Below, piece by piece: positions 46,424 through 55,037 of a stretch of 64,000 nucleotides of DNA. The stretch spans positions 9,366 to 73,365 of the forward strand of contig CAYYLM010000002.1 of assembly GCA_964472625.1 (NCBI GenBank). Direction: 5' to 3'. The notes beneath the pieces are model-generated. The model made no database searches, was not told the origin of the DNA, and saw only the letters and a list, made by a program, of their open reading frames with translations. Made by a program: the position numbers and the translations under genes. Positions within the stretch are counted from its first letter, which is position 1. Each line of letters starts with the position of its first letter. Source of the DNA: an uncultured Dehalococcoidales bacterium. GTDB taxonomy: Bacteria; Chloroflexota; Dehalococcoidia; Dehalococcoidales; UBA5760.

Positions 46424-49234
46424 ATGATTAGAAGGATAACAGTTTTACTGCGTAGCGCCAAAAGGGAAGAGGCGGGACAGGCTTTCATCTTGGTTCTAAT
46501 CCTGCTGTTGGTGGGTGGTCTCATCATTGCGCCACTGCTAGCCTTTATGGGTACCGGCCTCCAGAGTGGTCAGGTTTTCGAACAGAAGACGAGTGAGTTA
46601 TATGCCGCTGATGCCGGCATCGAGGATGGTATTTGGCAGGTGCAGTTTGATGAACTCGAGTCACTCAGTAGCCCCACGGTCTATAGCGTGTATGACTACA
46701 GCACGGTGTGGGATTTCCAGCTGGATGAGCAGGTAAACGAAGAGGACGTGACGGGCACCATTGAGAATGTCTGGATTCCCAAGGATTTGGCAGCGCCCGG
46801 TGAGGCTCAGGCGGAGGATATTATTGAGGGGGTTGATGGTAAACCCCCCAAAGCGGTAGTAACCGGCACTGTTCCCGACACAGAAGAATATAAAATCAAG
46901 ATAACCTATAATAAGGAACAAGAGGACGTCTATCAATACGGTGATGAATTCGTAATAGAAGAGATCGGGATATGGCTACCGCCCGGGTTTGAATATGTAG
47001 TTGGCTCCAGTAACCTCGAGGCTGACTCCTTCGCTGATTATTATTCGGTGCCGGTAGTCTCAGATCACTCCGGGGGACAGGCGGTCATCTGGAGCTTCAG
47101 CTCAGTTCCTATGTCTGTTTTCCCGGGTGTGAATCCGTCGGACATGCCCATGGTGACTCAGGTCACCTTCCAGTTTACGGCGCGCCGGGAGGGAAGTAAC
47201 CCCGAAGCCCTGTCCTGGGTAGATACCAATATGAACTTGAGTGGCAGTATTAGTTATGCCTGGGATGCCGACACCAAGGTTTATAAGATTACCTCTCAAG
47301 CTGGCGATACCAACCTTGAAGCCCATACCGCCAAGACCGAGCTACGCGAGGTCGGTGGGGCGATAGCGGGAGACTACCGTGCCATCGGCAACACCCTGAT
47401 GACCAACGAATACGGCGGTTCGACTCCGGTGGTGCGGGATACTCTGCTGGCTGAGAGCGATGCTACTGTCAGTGATATCCCCGACAGCGCCGAGATCCAG
47501 GCGGCTTATCTCTACTGGTCAGCCTGGCTGGAAGAGGAGCTGGAGCAAGAGTCTGGTGACACGACGGTATTCGAAGACGACTGTTCCAACTTCAGTAATT
47601 GGAATAATCCGGGTAATGATTGGGTAATCTCCAGTGGCACTTTCCGGGGGCATCATTATGGCAGTGCCCAGTATAGATTCCTGACCCTGCAGTCAAGCCT
47701 AGACCTGAGCTCATATTCAGGTAAACTGACGACCGTTTACTGGCAGCAGTGGGAATATGGTACCCTGGAGAGTAATGACTACCTCTGGCTTGCCTTTTCC
47801 GGTGATGGCGGCAGCAGCTGGAGCAGCAATATTGTGGCCTTCAGCAATGATATCGGGAGCACGCCGCAGGATTTCAGCTACACCATTCCGGATGAGTATC
47901 TCACCGCTAACTTCAAGATGAGACTTCAAATAGGTGACGATAATGGCTGGGTTGGCGGTGGCGAGTACTGCTTTGTCGATAACATTGGTATCTCGGTATC
48001 CAATGCCATACTTTATGATGACTGTTCTGACTTCGTAGCTGGCCCTATTAATTGGACTAACGGTAGCCACTGGACAATCTACAACGGTGATGAATTTAGG
48101 GGGCAGGGTGGGGGCAGTACCGCCGATAGGCGTCTCACCATGACCGACAGCCTGGATTTAAGTGCCTACTCCGACAAGACGATTGTCGTCTCCTGGGAGC
48201 AACGTGAGAGCGGGTACCTAGAGTCCAGCGACTATCTCTACTTTGCCTTCTCCGGCAATGGTGGCAGCAGCTGGAGCAGTAATATTCAGGCCTTCCGTGA
48301 TGATATCGGGAGCACACCACAGGAGTTCAGCTACACCATTCCAGAGCAGTATCTTACCGCCAACTTTAAGATGAGGTTTTACCTCTACTTCAACTATTAT
48401 AATGAGTACGCCTATGTTAACAATATTACTATCTATGAAACCTCAGGGGACGCCTGGGCCGATGCCACGGCTATCTTCAAGATAGATGGCACCCAGGTTT
48501 ACTTTGATGAATATGGAGTCCCTCAGACGGGTGGGGAGGAAATAGTTGCTTCGGAGTGGACAATCCTGGAAAATCAGACCGGCGAGTATTCCTATGCCTG
48601 CTTCTTGGACGTGACCGACCTGGTGCAGGCGTTTAGTGCTGAGGGTGATGATGGCAATCACCCCGGTAACGGCGCCTATACCGTCGGGGGAGTGTATGGG
48701 GATACCGACGATGAGTGGTCCTATGCCGCCTGGTCGCTGATACTTGTCTACGCCAGCGCGGAGACGTATGGTCACCAGCTCTATCTCTACGATGACTTTG
48801 TCTACTCGAGTATGGACGTCAATGTTGATTTTAATGGTGACGGGCAACCGGGTGGTCGAATCAGTGGCTTTCTGGTTCCAGAACAGATTGAAGGCGAGGG
48901 CGACGATGCCGATGCCGCTACGATGACCTGCTTTGTCGGTGAGGGAGATGATTACTATAACTACGACTATTTTAGGTTCGAGGGAACCAACCTCTCCGAC
49001 GGTAGGAGCTCTAATGATGTCTGGAACTCATGGTCGGTTGGGCTGGTAGAGGACGGCATTGATATTGACACCTTCCATGTTACCTGGGGGAGTGGCCTGC
49101 TGGAGGCTGGGGATACCTCGGCTCAGATAGACCTGCCTACCCAGACTGATTCCTGGAACCTAGTGTATATCATCCTTTCTTTCCGCAGCGAGGTCGTCGC
49201 TGGGGGCACTATTAGCTACTTGATAAAAAGTTAG
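46424..49234 (+). CDS. Large PilX/GspK-like tip pilin-adhesin with tandem internal beta-sandwich domains
   Basis: EAG|QAFILVLILLLVGG prepilin lacking Glu5, AADAGIEDG PilX motif, very acidic, two internal repeats. Confidence 0.75.
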   Translation: MIRRITVLLRSAKREEAGQAFILVLILLLVGGLIIAPLLAFMGTGLQSGQVFEQKTSELYAADAGIEDGIWQVQFDELESLSSPTVYSVYDYSTVWDFQLDEQVNEEDVTGTIENVWIPKDLAAPGEAQAEDIIEGVDGKPPKAVVTGTVPDTEEYKIKITYNKEQEDVYQYGDEFVIEEIGIWLPPGFEYVVGSSNLEADSFADYYSVPVVSDHSGGQAVIWSFSSVPMSVFPGVNPSDMPMVTQVTFQFTARREGSNPEALSWVDTNMNLSGSISYAWDADTKVYKITSQAGDTNLEAHTAKTELREVGGAIAGDYRAIGNTLMTNEYGGSTPVVRDTLLAESDATVSDIPDSAEIQAAYLYWSAWLEEELEQESGDTTVFEDDCSNFSNWNNPGNDWVISSGTFRGHHYGSAQYRFLTLQSSLDLSSYSGKLTTVYWQQWEYGTLESNDYLWLAFSGDGGSSWSSNIVAFSNDIGSTPQDFSYTIPDEYLTANFKMRLQIGDDNGWVGGGEYCFVDNIGISVSNAILYDDCSDFVAGPINWTNGSHWTIYNGDEFRGQGGGSTADRRLTMTDSLDLSAYSDKTIVVSWEQRESGYLESSDYLYFAFSGNGGSSWSSNIQAFRDDIGSTPQEFSYTIPEQYLTANFKMRFYLYFNYYNEYAYVNNITIYETSGDAWADATAIFKIDGTQVYFDEYGVPQTGGEEIVASEWTILENQTGEYSYACFLDVTDLVQAFSAEGDDGNHPGNGAYTVGGVYGDTDDEWSYAAWSLILVYASAETYGHQLYLYDDFVYSSMDVNVDFNGDGQPGGRISGFLVPEQIEGEGDDADAATMTCFVGEGDDYYNYDYFRFEGTNLSDGRSSNDVWNSWSVGLVEDGIDIDTFHVTWGSGLLEAGDTSAQIDLPTQTDSWNLVYIILSFRSEVVAGGTISYLIKS
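47567..48438 (+). repeat. Two ~145-codon tandem repeats inside the adhesin gene (47567-47995 and 48011-48438)
   Basis: Shared DDCS.F...SLDLS.YS.K...LES.DYL..AFSG.GGSSWSSNI.AF..DIGSTPQ.FSYTIP..YLTANFKMR; nucleotide similarity is visible at 47791-47920 vs 48245-48374. Confidence 0.85.
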
Positions 49235-49263
49235 ATTTATTTAGAGTATGGGGTGAATAAAGT

Positions 49264-49887
49264 ATGAAATTTGGTAAGGTAGCTCAATTAGCTCTGGCGA
49301 TTGGCATTTTCGCCATCGCGCTTATCTTCCTCTACCGCATGAACCAGGGGCGGGCGGCCGAGCATGAACAGCTCAGTGCCCAGCTGGATGTGGCCCAGCA
49401 ACTGCTGCCCCAGCTCGTTTCTGAAAGTGAGGATTTGGAAAGCCGCCTTAACCAGCTGCAAGCTGAGCTGGATCAGGCTAATGCCTCGCTTAGTGAGGGT
49501 AAAGCAAGGTTTCCCCTCTCCATAGATGGCATTAGGTACGACGAGTTATTATGCCAGATGGCTCATGACCGTGACCTGGAGGTAATGAGACTGGTCACTT
49601 CGGAGCCAACCGAGCGAAAAGTGGAAGAGGTTACCTATACCATCAGCTCTTTTGATCTGGAAGTGATGGGTCAGGTGGCTGACATCCTCGATTTCGTTAA
49701 TGCCATAGCCATCGGTGAAGACTTTACCACGGCTACCGTGGAGCTGGTGGATATTAAGGTTCCTGAGCCGATAACCATGCAAGAGGAGGAGGCGTTAGCT
49801 GGGCAAGAGCAGGAAGAGGAGGAAGAGGAACCAGAGGCGCCATCAGCTGTTATTAAAGTGAATATCTATAGCTACAAAGGGGATTAG
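49264..49887 (+). CDS. PilO-like alignment protein
   Basis: N-terminal TM, coiled coil, ferredoxin-like C-domain; position in the pil operon. Confidence 0.65.
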   Translation: MKFGKVAQLALAIGIFAIALIFLYRMNQGRAAEHEQLSAQLDVAQQLLPQLVSESEDLESRLNQLQAELDQANASLSEGKARFPLSIDGIRYDELLCQMAHDRDLEVMRLVTSEPTERKVEEVTYTISSFDLEVMGQVADILDFVNAIAIGEDFTTATVELVDIKVPEPITMQEEEALAGQEQEEEEEEPEAPSAVIKVNIYSYKGD

Positions 49888-49889
49888 AT

Positions 49890-51431
49890 ATGGCCGAAGT
49901 TACTCTATTTATTGAAGATAGTGCTGTCAAGCTACTGGTAGCCAGAGGCCGGCGGGTAGAAAAATGGGCGAAGCTACCGCTGGAGCCGGGGCTGGTTAGC
50001 GATGGCTTGATCCTTGATGAAGCCAAGGTAGCCGATAAGATTCGTGAGCTCTTTAAGCTACAAAAGGTAGGGGCAAGAACGGTAGTGGCTGGTTTAAGCG
50101 GATTCAATTCGGTTTATCGTTTGATTTCGCTACCTGAGCTACCGGAGGCAATCCTTCCCGAGGCGGTAGAGCAGGAGGCAAGTCGAGTGATACCGGTGCC
50201 CCGGGACCAGGTCTACCTGTCGTATCAGTTGATGCCTACCTCGGCTGCGGAGACATTAATCTTCTTGGCGGCTTTTCCTCGCAACACCACCGACGCTCTG
50301 CTCCGGACGCTGCAGAAGGCTGGGCTGAGGGCCGATGTTTTGGACTTAGCTCCTTTAGCTCTGTGTCGCACTGTTGATGCTCCGGAGGCGATAGTTGTCG
50401 ACGTCAGTTCAGCCAGCCTTGATATTGCCATTATATTGGAAAGGATACCTCAGGTAATTCGTAGCCTCTCTCTTCCCGGTGAGGCACAGTCGCTGGCGGA
50501 ACGGCTGACGACTATTGTTGAGGAGCTTAATCGAACTATTGCCTTCTATAACTCCAGTCATCGTGATAAGCAGTTAGCAACCTCAGTACCTATATTTGTC
50601 TCTGGTGACCTGGCTCAAGCGCCGGACACCTGGCAGTCGCTCAGCGGTACGGAGGGCTATCCTACCTCAGCCTTACCATCGCCGATGGAGCCAATCGAGG
50701 GATTTGACCCGAGTCAATTCATGGTCAATATTGGGCTGGCGCTCAAGCAGCTACCTCTTGAGAAAGAAGCAGCTAACTTCTCGATAGTAAACTTCAATGC
50801 TCTACCACACGCAGAGAAGCCCAAGAAGAAGGTATCTCCAGCCAGCATTCTTCTGCCCATTATTATTGTCCTGGGCTGTGGCGGGGTTTTCTATATGTTT
50901 AACCTTGGCCGGAATGCTGAGGCTGGTAATGAGCTTTTACGTGCCCAGTTGGAGCTTACCCAGAGCCAAATTCCTGAGCAGCAGGCGGTAAAGACAGGGC
51001 TTGAGGAGCAGCTTGCCGAGCTAGAACCCCAGATTGAGCCCGTAAAGGCTGAAGCTGACATCTTTAATACTACCTTTGCCGACGTGCAGGAGGGGCGCAA
51101 CCGGATTGACCAGGAGGTGACTCAGATTGCGCATCTGGTGCCGGAGGAGGTAGCTTTAGTTTATGGTGGTGATGAGATAATGGGGTATGATGCACCTATA
51201 TGTGAAGCTAGCATTAAGCATACCGGTGATGAAGTAACAGTAGTCGGCAGGAGCCAAGACCTAGACGCCATCTTTAAGTATGCTAGAGGTTTAAGAGCTA
51301 GTGGTGGCTTCTCCGAGGTCATTATCTCATCTATTGAAGCTTATGAAGTTGTAGTATCGGAAGAGGGTGAGGAGGAGGAAGAAGAGGAAGTAATTAGGGG
51401 GTATAACTTCCAGTTTACCCTGCTACAGTAG
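49890..51431 (+). CDS. pilM: PilM-PilN fusion protein
   Basis: Actin-like PilM domain (EQEASRVIP, LDLAPLAL), TM, coiled coil, PilN-like C-domain (VVGRS...YARGL..SGGFSEV). Confidence 0.75.
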   Translation: MAEVTLFIEDSAVKLLVARGRRVEKWAKLPLEPGLVSDGLILDEAKVADKIRELFKLQKVGARTVVAGLSGFNSVYRLISLPELPEAILPEAVEQEASRVIPVPRDQVYLSYQLMPTSAAETLIFLAAFPRNTTDALLRTLQKAGLRADVLDLAPLALCRTVDAPEAIVVDVSSASLDIAIILERIPQVIRSLSLPGEAQSLAERLTTIVEELNRTIAFYNSSHRDKQLATSVPIFVSGDLAQAPDTWQSLSGTEGYPTSALPSPMEPIEGFDPSQFMVNIGLALKQLPLEKEAANFSIVNFNALPHAEKPKKKVSPASILLPIIIVLGCGGVFYMFNLGRNAEAGNELLRAQLELTQSQIPEQQAVKTGLEEQLAELEPQIEPVKAEADIFNTTFADVQEGRNRIDQEVTQIAHLVPEEVALVYGGDEIMGYDAPICEASIKHTGDEVTVVGRSQDLDAIFKYARGLRASGGFSEVIISSIEAYEVVVSEEGEEEEEEEVIRGYNFQFTLLQ

Positions 51432-51447
51432 AAATGGGGGTGAGGGT

Positions 51448-52518
51448 ATGGATATTTTTTCCTTGCTTCGTGAAGCAGCATCAAAGGGGGCCTCAGACCT
51501 ACATATGGTCGTCTCTAGCCCGCCCTTACTGCGCGTGAATGGTCTGCTTGAGGCGGTAAACGGCACCAAGCTACTAACTGCCAATGAGATAAACCAGGCG
51601 TTTCTTCAGATAACTACCCCTGAGCAAAGAGAAAGCTTCCATCACCATCTGGAGCTTGATTTTAACTATTCCCTGTCTGAGGTTGGGCAGCTTCGTTGCA
51701 ATGCCGCTCAGCAGCGCGGGGCAATCAGCCTTGCCGTGCGTCTGTTGCCGGCGGAGGTTCCGACTATAGATGAGCTGGAGCTGCCGGCAATATATAAAGA
51801 GCTTGCCATGAAACAGAGGGGTTTGATCGTAGTTACCGGTCCTACCGGCAGTGGTAAATCCACCTCACAGGCGGCCATGATTCAGCATTTGAATGAAAAT
51901 GAGAGCCGTCATGTGGTTACTATTGAGGACCCCATTGAGTATGTCCATCCCAGTATTAAGTGTGCCATAACCCAGCGTCAGCTGGGCAGTGACACTCTCT
52001 CCTTCGCTGAGGCGCTAAGGCGGGTCCTAAGGCAGGACCCAGATGTGATTCTGGTCGGCGAGATGAGAGACCTGGACACTGCGGCTGCGGTACTGTCTAT
52101 CGCTGAGACCGGGCATTTGATACTGACCACCGGTCATGCGCCCAGTGCCAGCCAGGCGGTGGAGAGGGTGATAGACCTGTTTCCGCCTCACGAGCGTCCT
52201 TTGGCTCAAACGCGGTTGGCGTCTCTGCTGGTAGCGGTGCTTTTTCAGACGCTCGTCCCCAGGATTGACGGCTCGGGGAGAATAGCGGCTACTGAGATTC
52301 TGCTGGCTAATGCGGCGGCACGTAACCTTATCCGGGAAGGCAAAACCTATCAGCTGCCCAATGTAATCCGCACTAGCCGGGAAATCGGTATGGTTTCGCT
52401 TGATGAGGCGCTGGTTAACCTTTACTTAAAACGCATCATAAGCTATGAAGCCGTGCTTACTTTCTGCTGGGATCGCAAGGAAGTGGAAAAGCTCACTGGT
52501 AGCGTGGGTATAAAGTAG
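51448..52518 (+). CDS. pilT: Type IV pilus retraction ATPase PilT
   Basis: GASDLH, GPTGSGKST, TIEDPIEY, LRQDPDVILVGEMRD, AARNLIREGK (AIRNLIRE-like). Confidence 0.92.
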   Translation: MDIFSLLREAASKGASDLHMVVSSPPLLRVNGLLEAVNGTKLLTANEINQAFLQITTPEQRESFHHHLELDFNYSLSEVGQLRCNAAQQRGAISLAVRLLPAEVPTIDELELPAIYKELAMKQRGLIVVTGPTGSGKSTSQAAMIQHLNENESRHVVTIEDPIEYVHPSIKCAITQRQLGSDTLSFAEALRRVLRQDPDVILVGEMRDLDTAAAVLSIAETGHLILTTGHAPSASQAVERVIDLFPPHERPLAQTRLASLLVAVLFQTLVPRIDGSGRIAATEILLANAAARNLIREGKTYQLPNVIRTSREIGMVSLDEALVNLYLKRIISYEAVLTFCWDRKEVEKLTGSVGIK

Positions 52519-52564
52519 TCCTTTGGGAACTATCGGCTAACGTTACCTTAATTTTTAAAGTTAG

Positions 52565-52596
52565 TAAGAGAGGGGCATTAAGCCCCTCTTAATCTT
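52565..52596. terminator. Terminator between convergent pilT and pilin genes
   Basis: AGAGGGGC-ATTAA-GCCCCTCT stem. Confidence 0.65.
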
Positions 52597-52826
52597 TCGC
52601 TTACCTAACTGGTATTATTCCTCCCACAGTTGTGGTTCTCATCAAATTGCCCTCGGCTGCTGTCACTGATTCTGGCGAGAGACAACATCATAAAACAGGA
52701 AAGCCCGCCGGCAGCTTGGAGGTGAACCTTCTGTCGACGAGCTTTTAGGAAGCAAGCTTCACTTTTGATAATTGGTCTTAGGCTGCTAGATTAGCAGTTT
52801 GTGTCTCAGTTTTGTTAATCTGGTTA

Positions 52827-53228
52827 CTAATAACCGTCGTCGGTCTGGGTGACTACGCCTTCTGTGGTAACATTATAGGTGCCGACCAGTATTTCGTTAC
52901 CGCCCATGATAAAGGTGCCTACATCTGAAGTACCAACAACCACATCTGAATCAGCATCTAGCTCGCCACCTGCTGTAGTGGAGACTCCTTCGGAAGCCAT
53001 GGCGGCAATCACCGCGGTCTGGACGTTGGCTAATTCTGTGGCTGCCGCCTCTGATTCGCCCTCATCCATGAAGCCAGCGATATTGGGGATGGCGACCGCA
53101 GCCAGCACGCCCAGGATGGCGACCACCACAAGCAGTTCAATCAGGGTGAAACCCTTCTGCCCGCGGCGGAACTTCCTAGCAAACCTCTTCTCGCCGTAGT
53201 GAAGCCTTCTCATTAGTGTCTTCATCAT
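52827..53228 (-). CDS. pilA: Major type IVa pilin
   Basis: KG|FTLIELLVVVAILGVLAAVAIP; start at ATG 53228 after AAGGAGGTG; own promoter. Confidence 0.88.
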   Translation of the reverse strand: MMKTLMRRLHYGEKRFARKFRRGQKGFTLIELLVVVAILGVLAAVAIPNIAGFMDEGESEAAATELANVQTAVIAAMASEGVSTTAGGELDADSDVVVGTSDVGTFIMGGNEILVGTYNVTTEGVVTQTDDGY

Positions 53229-53293
53229 TTGTTGTTTCACCTCCTTTCTCAAATTTATGATGAAGCTTAAGTGATTTCTAGTGACTTAAGTCC

Positions 53294-53321
53294 AGTTTAG
53301 CATAGCTACCGGCACAGTCAA
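53294..53321 (-). promoter_or_regulatory. Pilin promoter
   Basis: TTGACT-16 bp-TAAACT with extended TGn. Confidence 0.6.
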
Positions 53322-53355
53322 TCACGCAATAGTAATAGTAAGATGGTATGAGTTC

Positions 53356-53484
53356 ACGGGGTATTCCGTCTGGCTTTCCCCTTGCGGGCGGTGGGAGGAA
53401 GCTAGAGAGTGAGCTATGCCTTGCTTATGCTCACCCGTTAGTATCATCGTCGTGTTTCCGCCGGCATCCGGGTTTTGCCCTCGT
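53356..53484. ncRNA. Candidate structured non-coding RNA, 6S-like long hairpin with central bubble
   Basis: Nested helices GGC/GCC, CCC/GGG, TGC/GCA, GGCGG/CCGCC, an unpaired central bubble, then GGGTGAGC/GCTCACTC; strand uncertain. Confidence 0.4.
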
Positions 53485-53491
53485 TAAGGTT

Positions 53492-53519
53492 AAAAAAGAA
53501 GGGGCGTTAACCCCTTCTT
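53492..53519 (-). terminator. Rho-independent terminator of the 53553-54920 gene
   Basis: AAGAAGGGG/CCCCTTCTT stem with a U-tract on the minus strand. Confidence 0.75.
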
Positions 53520-53552
53520 AACTCTGTGGTGATAGCTAGAGGTAATAGATGC

Positions 53553-54920
53553 CTAGCCAGGTGAGTCTAGCTTCTCGACTTCAAAGGCCTTGATACGTTG
53601 CCTTTCCACAAACTGTTTAGCCTCCTGGCTGAGCCCAGGGGAGGCAATGAAAACCTTGTCCTGAATACCGGTATCATAGGCCTTATCATCAAAATCAAAC
53701 ACCTTGTCCAGTTCTACCGGTTTGTCGCTTGCCTCAATGCCGATGGCAATGCGGTGGGTAACGATGCCGTCATCCCTGATAGCCAGAATATCTATATTGT
53801 GTTCGGCACCAGACCGGCCCTTAACCGCAGTATTTTTCTTGACCTCATAGGCATGTCGCTTCAGGTGTTCTATTAGCTGAGAAATGGACTTGAATTCAAA
53901 TGGCTCCTTCTCTGTTTCTACCGCCAGTGATGGGGTAGCTCTGGCCAGTACTGTCTTCAGATCCTCAAGCGGCAGCACCTTAATCCTCTGGTGACTGGCA
54001 AACGTAGCTGCTTCCTTGTCTAACGGCGGGTCAACAAGCAAGACCTTCTCATGAACGCCAGTGTCGTAGGCTTTGTCATCAAATTCAAATACGTCTCGCA
54101 GAGAGACTATATCCCCAGCGACTTTAATCCCGATGGCAATATCATAAGTTATGATGCCATTTTCCCTGGTTGCCAGGATATCAAAACTATGTTCGGCACC
54201 CGACCGACCCTTTTTAGTGGCATTTTCACTAACCTCAAAACCGCGCTGTTTCAGAAACTCGGTGAGCTGGGCTTTAGGCTTGAGCTCAAACTCCAGCCAA
54301 CTTCTTTTGGCTTCATCAAGGCTGTAGGAATAGACGTTTACCTCGGCGACTTTATCCTCGCTGGTGATCGAGGAACATTTCAGGCAGCGCCATTTCATTA
54401 TCGGTGCGGGGAAAACGTCACCGCAGACATGACACTTGTGCATTAGACCTTGGCTCCGATAGTCGCTTTCGAGCTTTCTTAGCTCCGATTTGCACTTAGG
54501 ACATATGAGTCTCCCTTGAGTTGCAAACTCGTCTTCAAGCCCGACATATCCGCAGATAGAGTGTTCTAGGACCCGGCCGCGAGCAATGTTGCCGGAACCA
54601 CACTTGGGGCAGTGGGTGGTTGGTCTCAGATTCACTGACTGGCACTGAGGACAGTGGAGAAACCGGTCAAAGAAGTCCTTATTGAGAATACCCTTACTAG
54701 CCAGGGACTCCAGAACTGATACCGCTTCTTGCCCCGTGATCTCCAGTGTTTCTTCGACGAAGGGATAGGTAAAGCCCATGTCGCTGGTGAAATCAAGCTC
54801 GGGTTTAATATCAGTAACGTTCTCCGCCAGCATTTTCGTCACCAGTTTGGTGATTTTTTCATCGCCTATTAGACTGGGGAGAGCGTTGGCTGGTTCTGGA
54901 GCTTCACTATCTTCCGCCAT
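53553..54920 (-). CDS. Multi-Zn-ribbon (TackOD1-like) protein with two C-terminal restriction-endonuclease-like repeats
   Basis: CPQC, CPKC, H..CG, CPKC, CHVC and CLKC motifs; two GRSGAEH.(F/I)DILA...FDDKAYDTG...QRIK repeats homologous to the PilB N-terminus. Confidence 0.75.
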   Translation of the reverse strand: MAEDSEAPEPANALPSLIGDEKITKLVTKMLAENVTDIKPELDFTSDMGFTYPFVEETLEITGQEAVSVLESLASKGILNKDFFDRFLHCPQCQSVNLRPTTHCPKCGSGNIARGRVLEHSICGYVGLEDEFATQGRLICPKCKSELRKLESDYRSQGLMHKCHVCGDVFPAPIMKWRCLKCSSITSEDKVAEVNVYSYSLDEAKRSWLEFELKPKAQLTEFLKQRGFEVSENATKKGRSGAEHSFDILATRENGIITYDIAIGIKVAGDIVSLRDVFEFDDKAYDTGVHEKVLLVDPPLDKEAATFASHQRIKVLPLEDLKTVLARATPSLAVETEKEPFEFKSISQLIEHLKRHAYEVKKNTAVKGRSGAEHNIDILAIRDDGIVTHRIAIGIEASDKPVELDKVFDFDDKAYDTGIQDKVFIASPGLSQEAKQFVERQRIKAFEVEKLDSPG

Positions 54921-55037
54921 TTTCTGCCTTCACCAATTTTGGACTTGCGAGCAAAGTATACCGTTGTCACTCACTAAAATCAATAATCCTTTTCCCTATT
55001 GACTAGATCCTGAAAAGCATCCAAAATAGAGACTGAA

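Noticed and set aside
52600-52826. Small gene or ncRNA between pilT and the pilin
   Set aside because: A GGAGGTG is present but with no start codon at suitable spacing, and the hairpins are weak; insufficient evidence.
52827-53228. Electrically conductive (e-pili type) pilin
   Set aside because: The mature pilin is 107 aa with only 5 aromatic residues (about 5%), below the aromatic density associated with conductive pili.
53440-53490. c-di-GMP-I riboswitch upstream of the pilin (GGGCAAAACCC)
   Set aside because: The GAAA tetraloop/receptor and GCAAAG elements are not in the right arrangement, and the pilin has its own downstream promoter.
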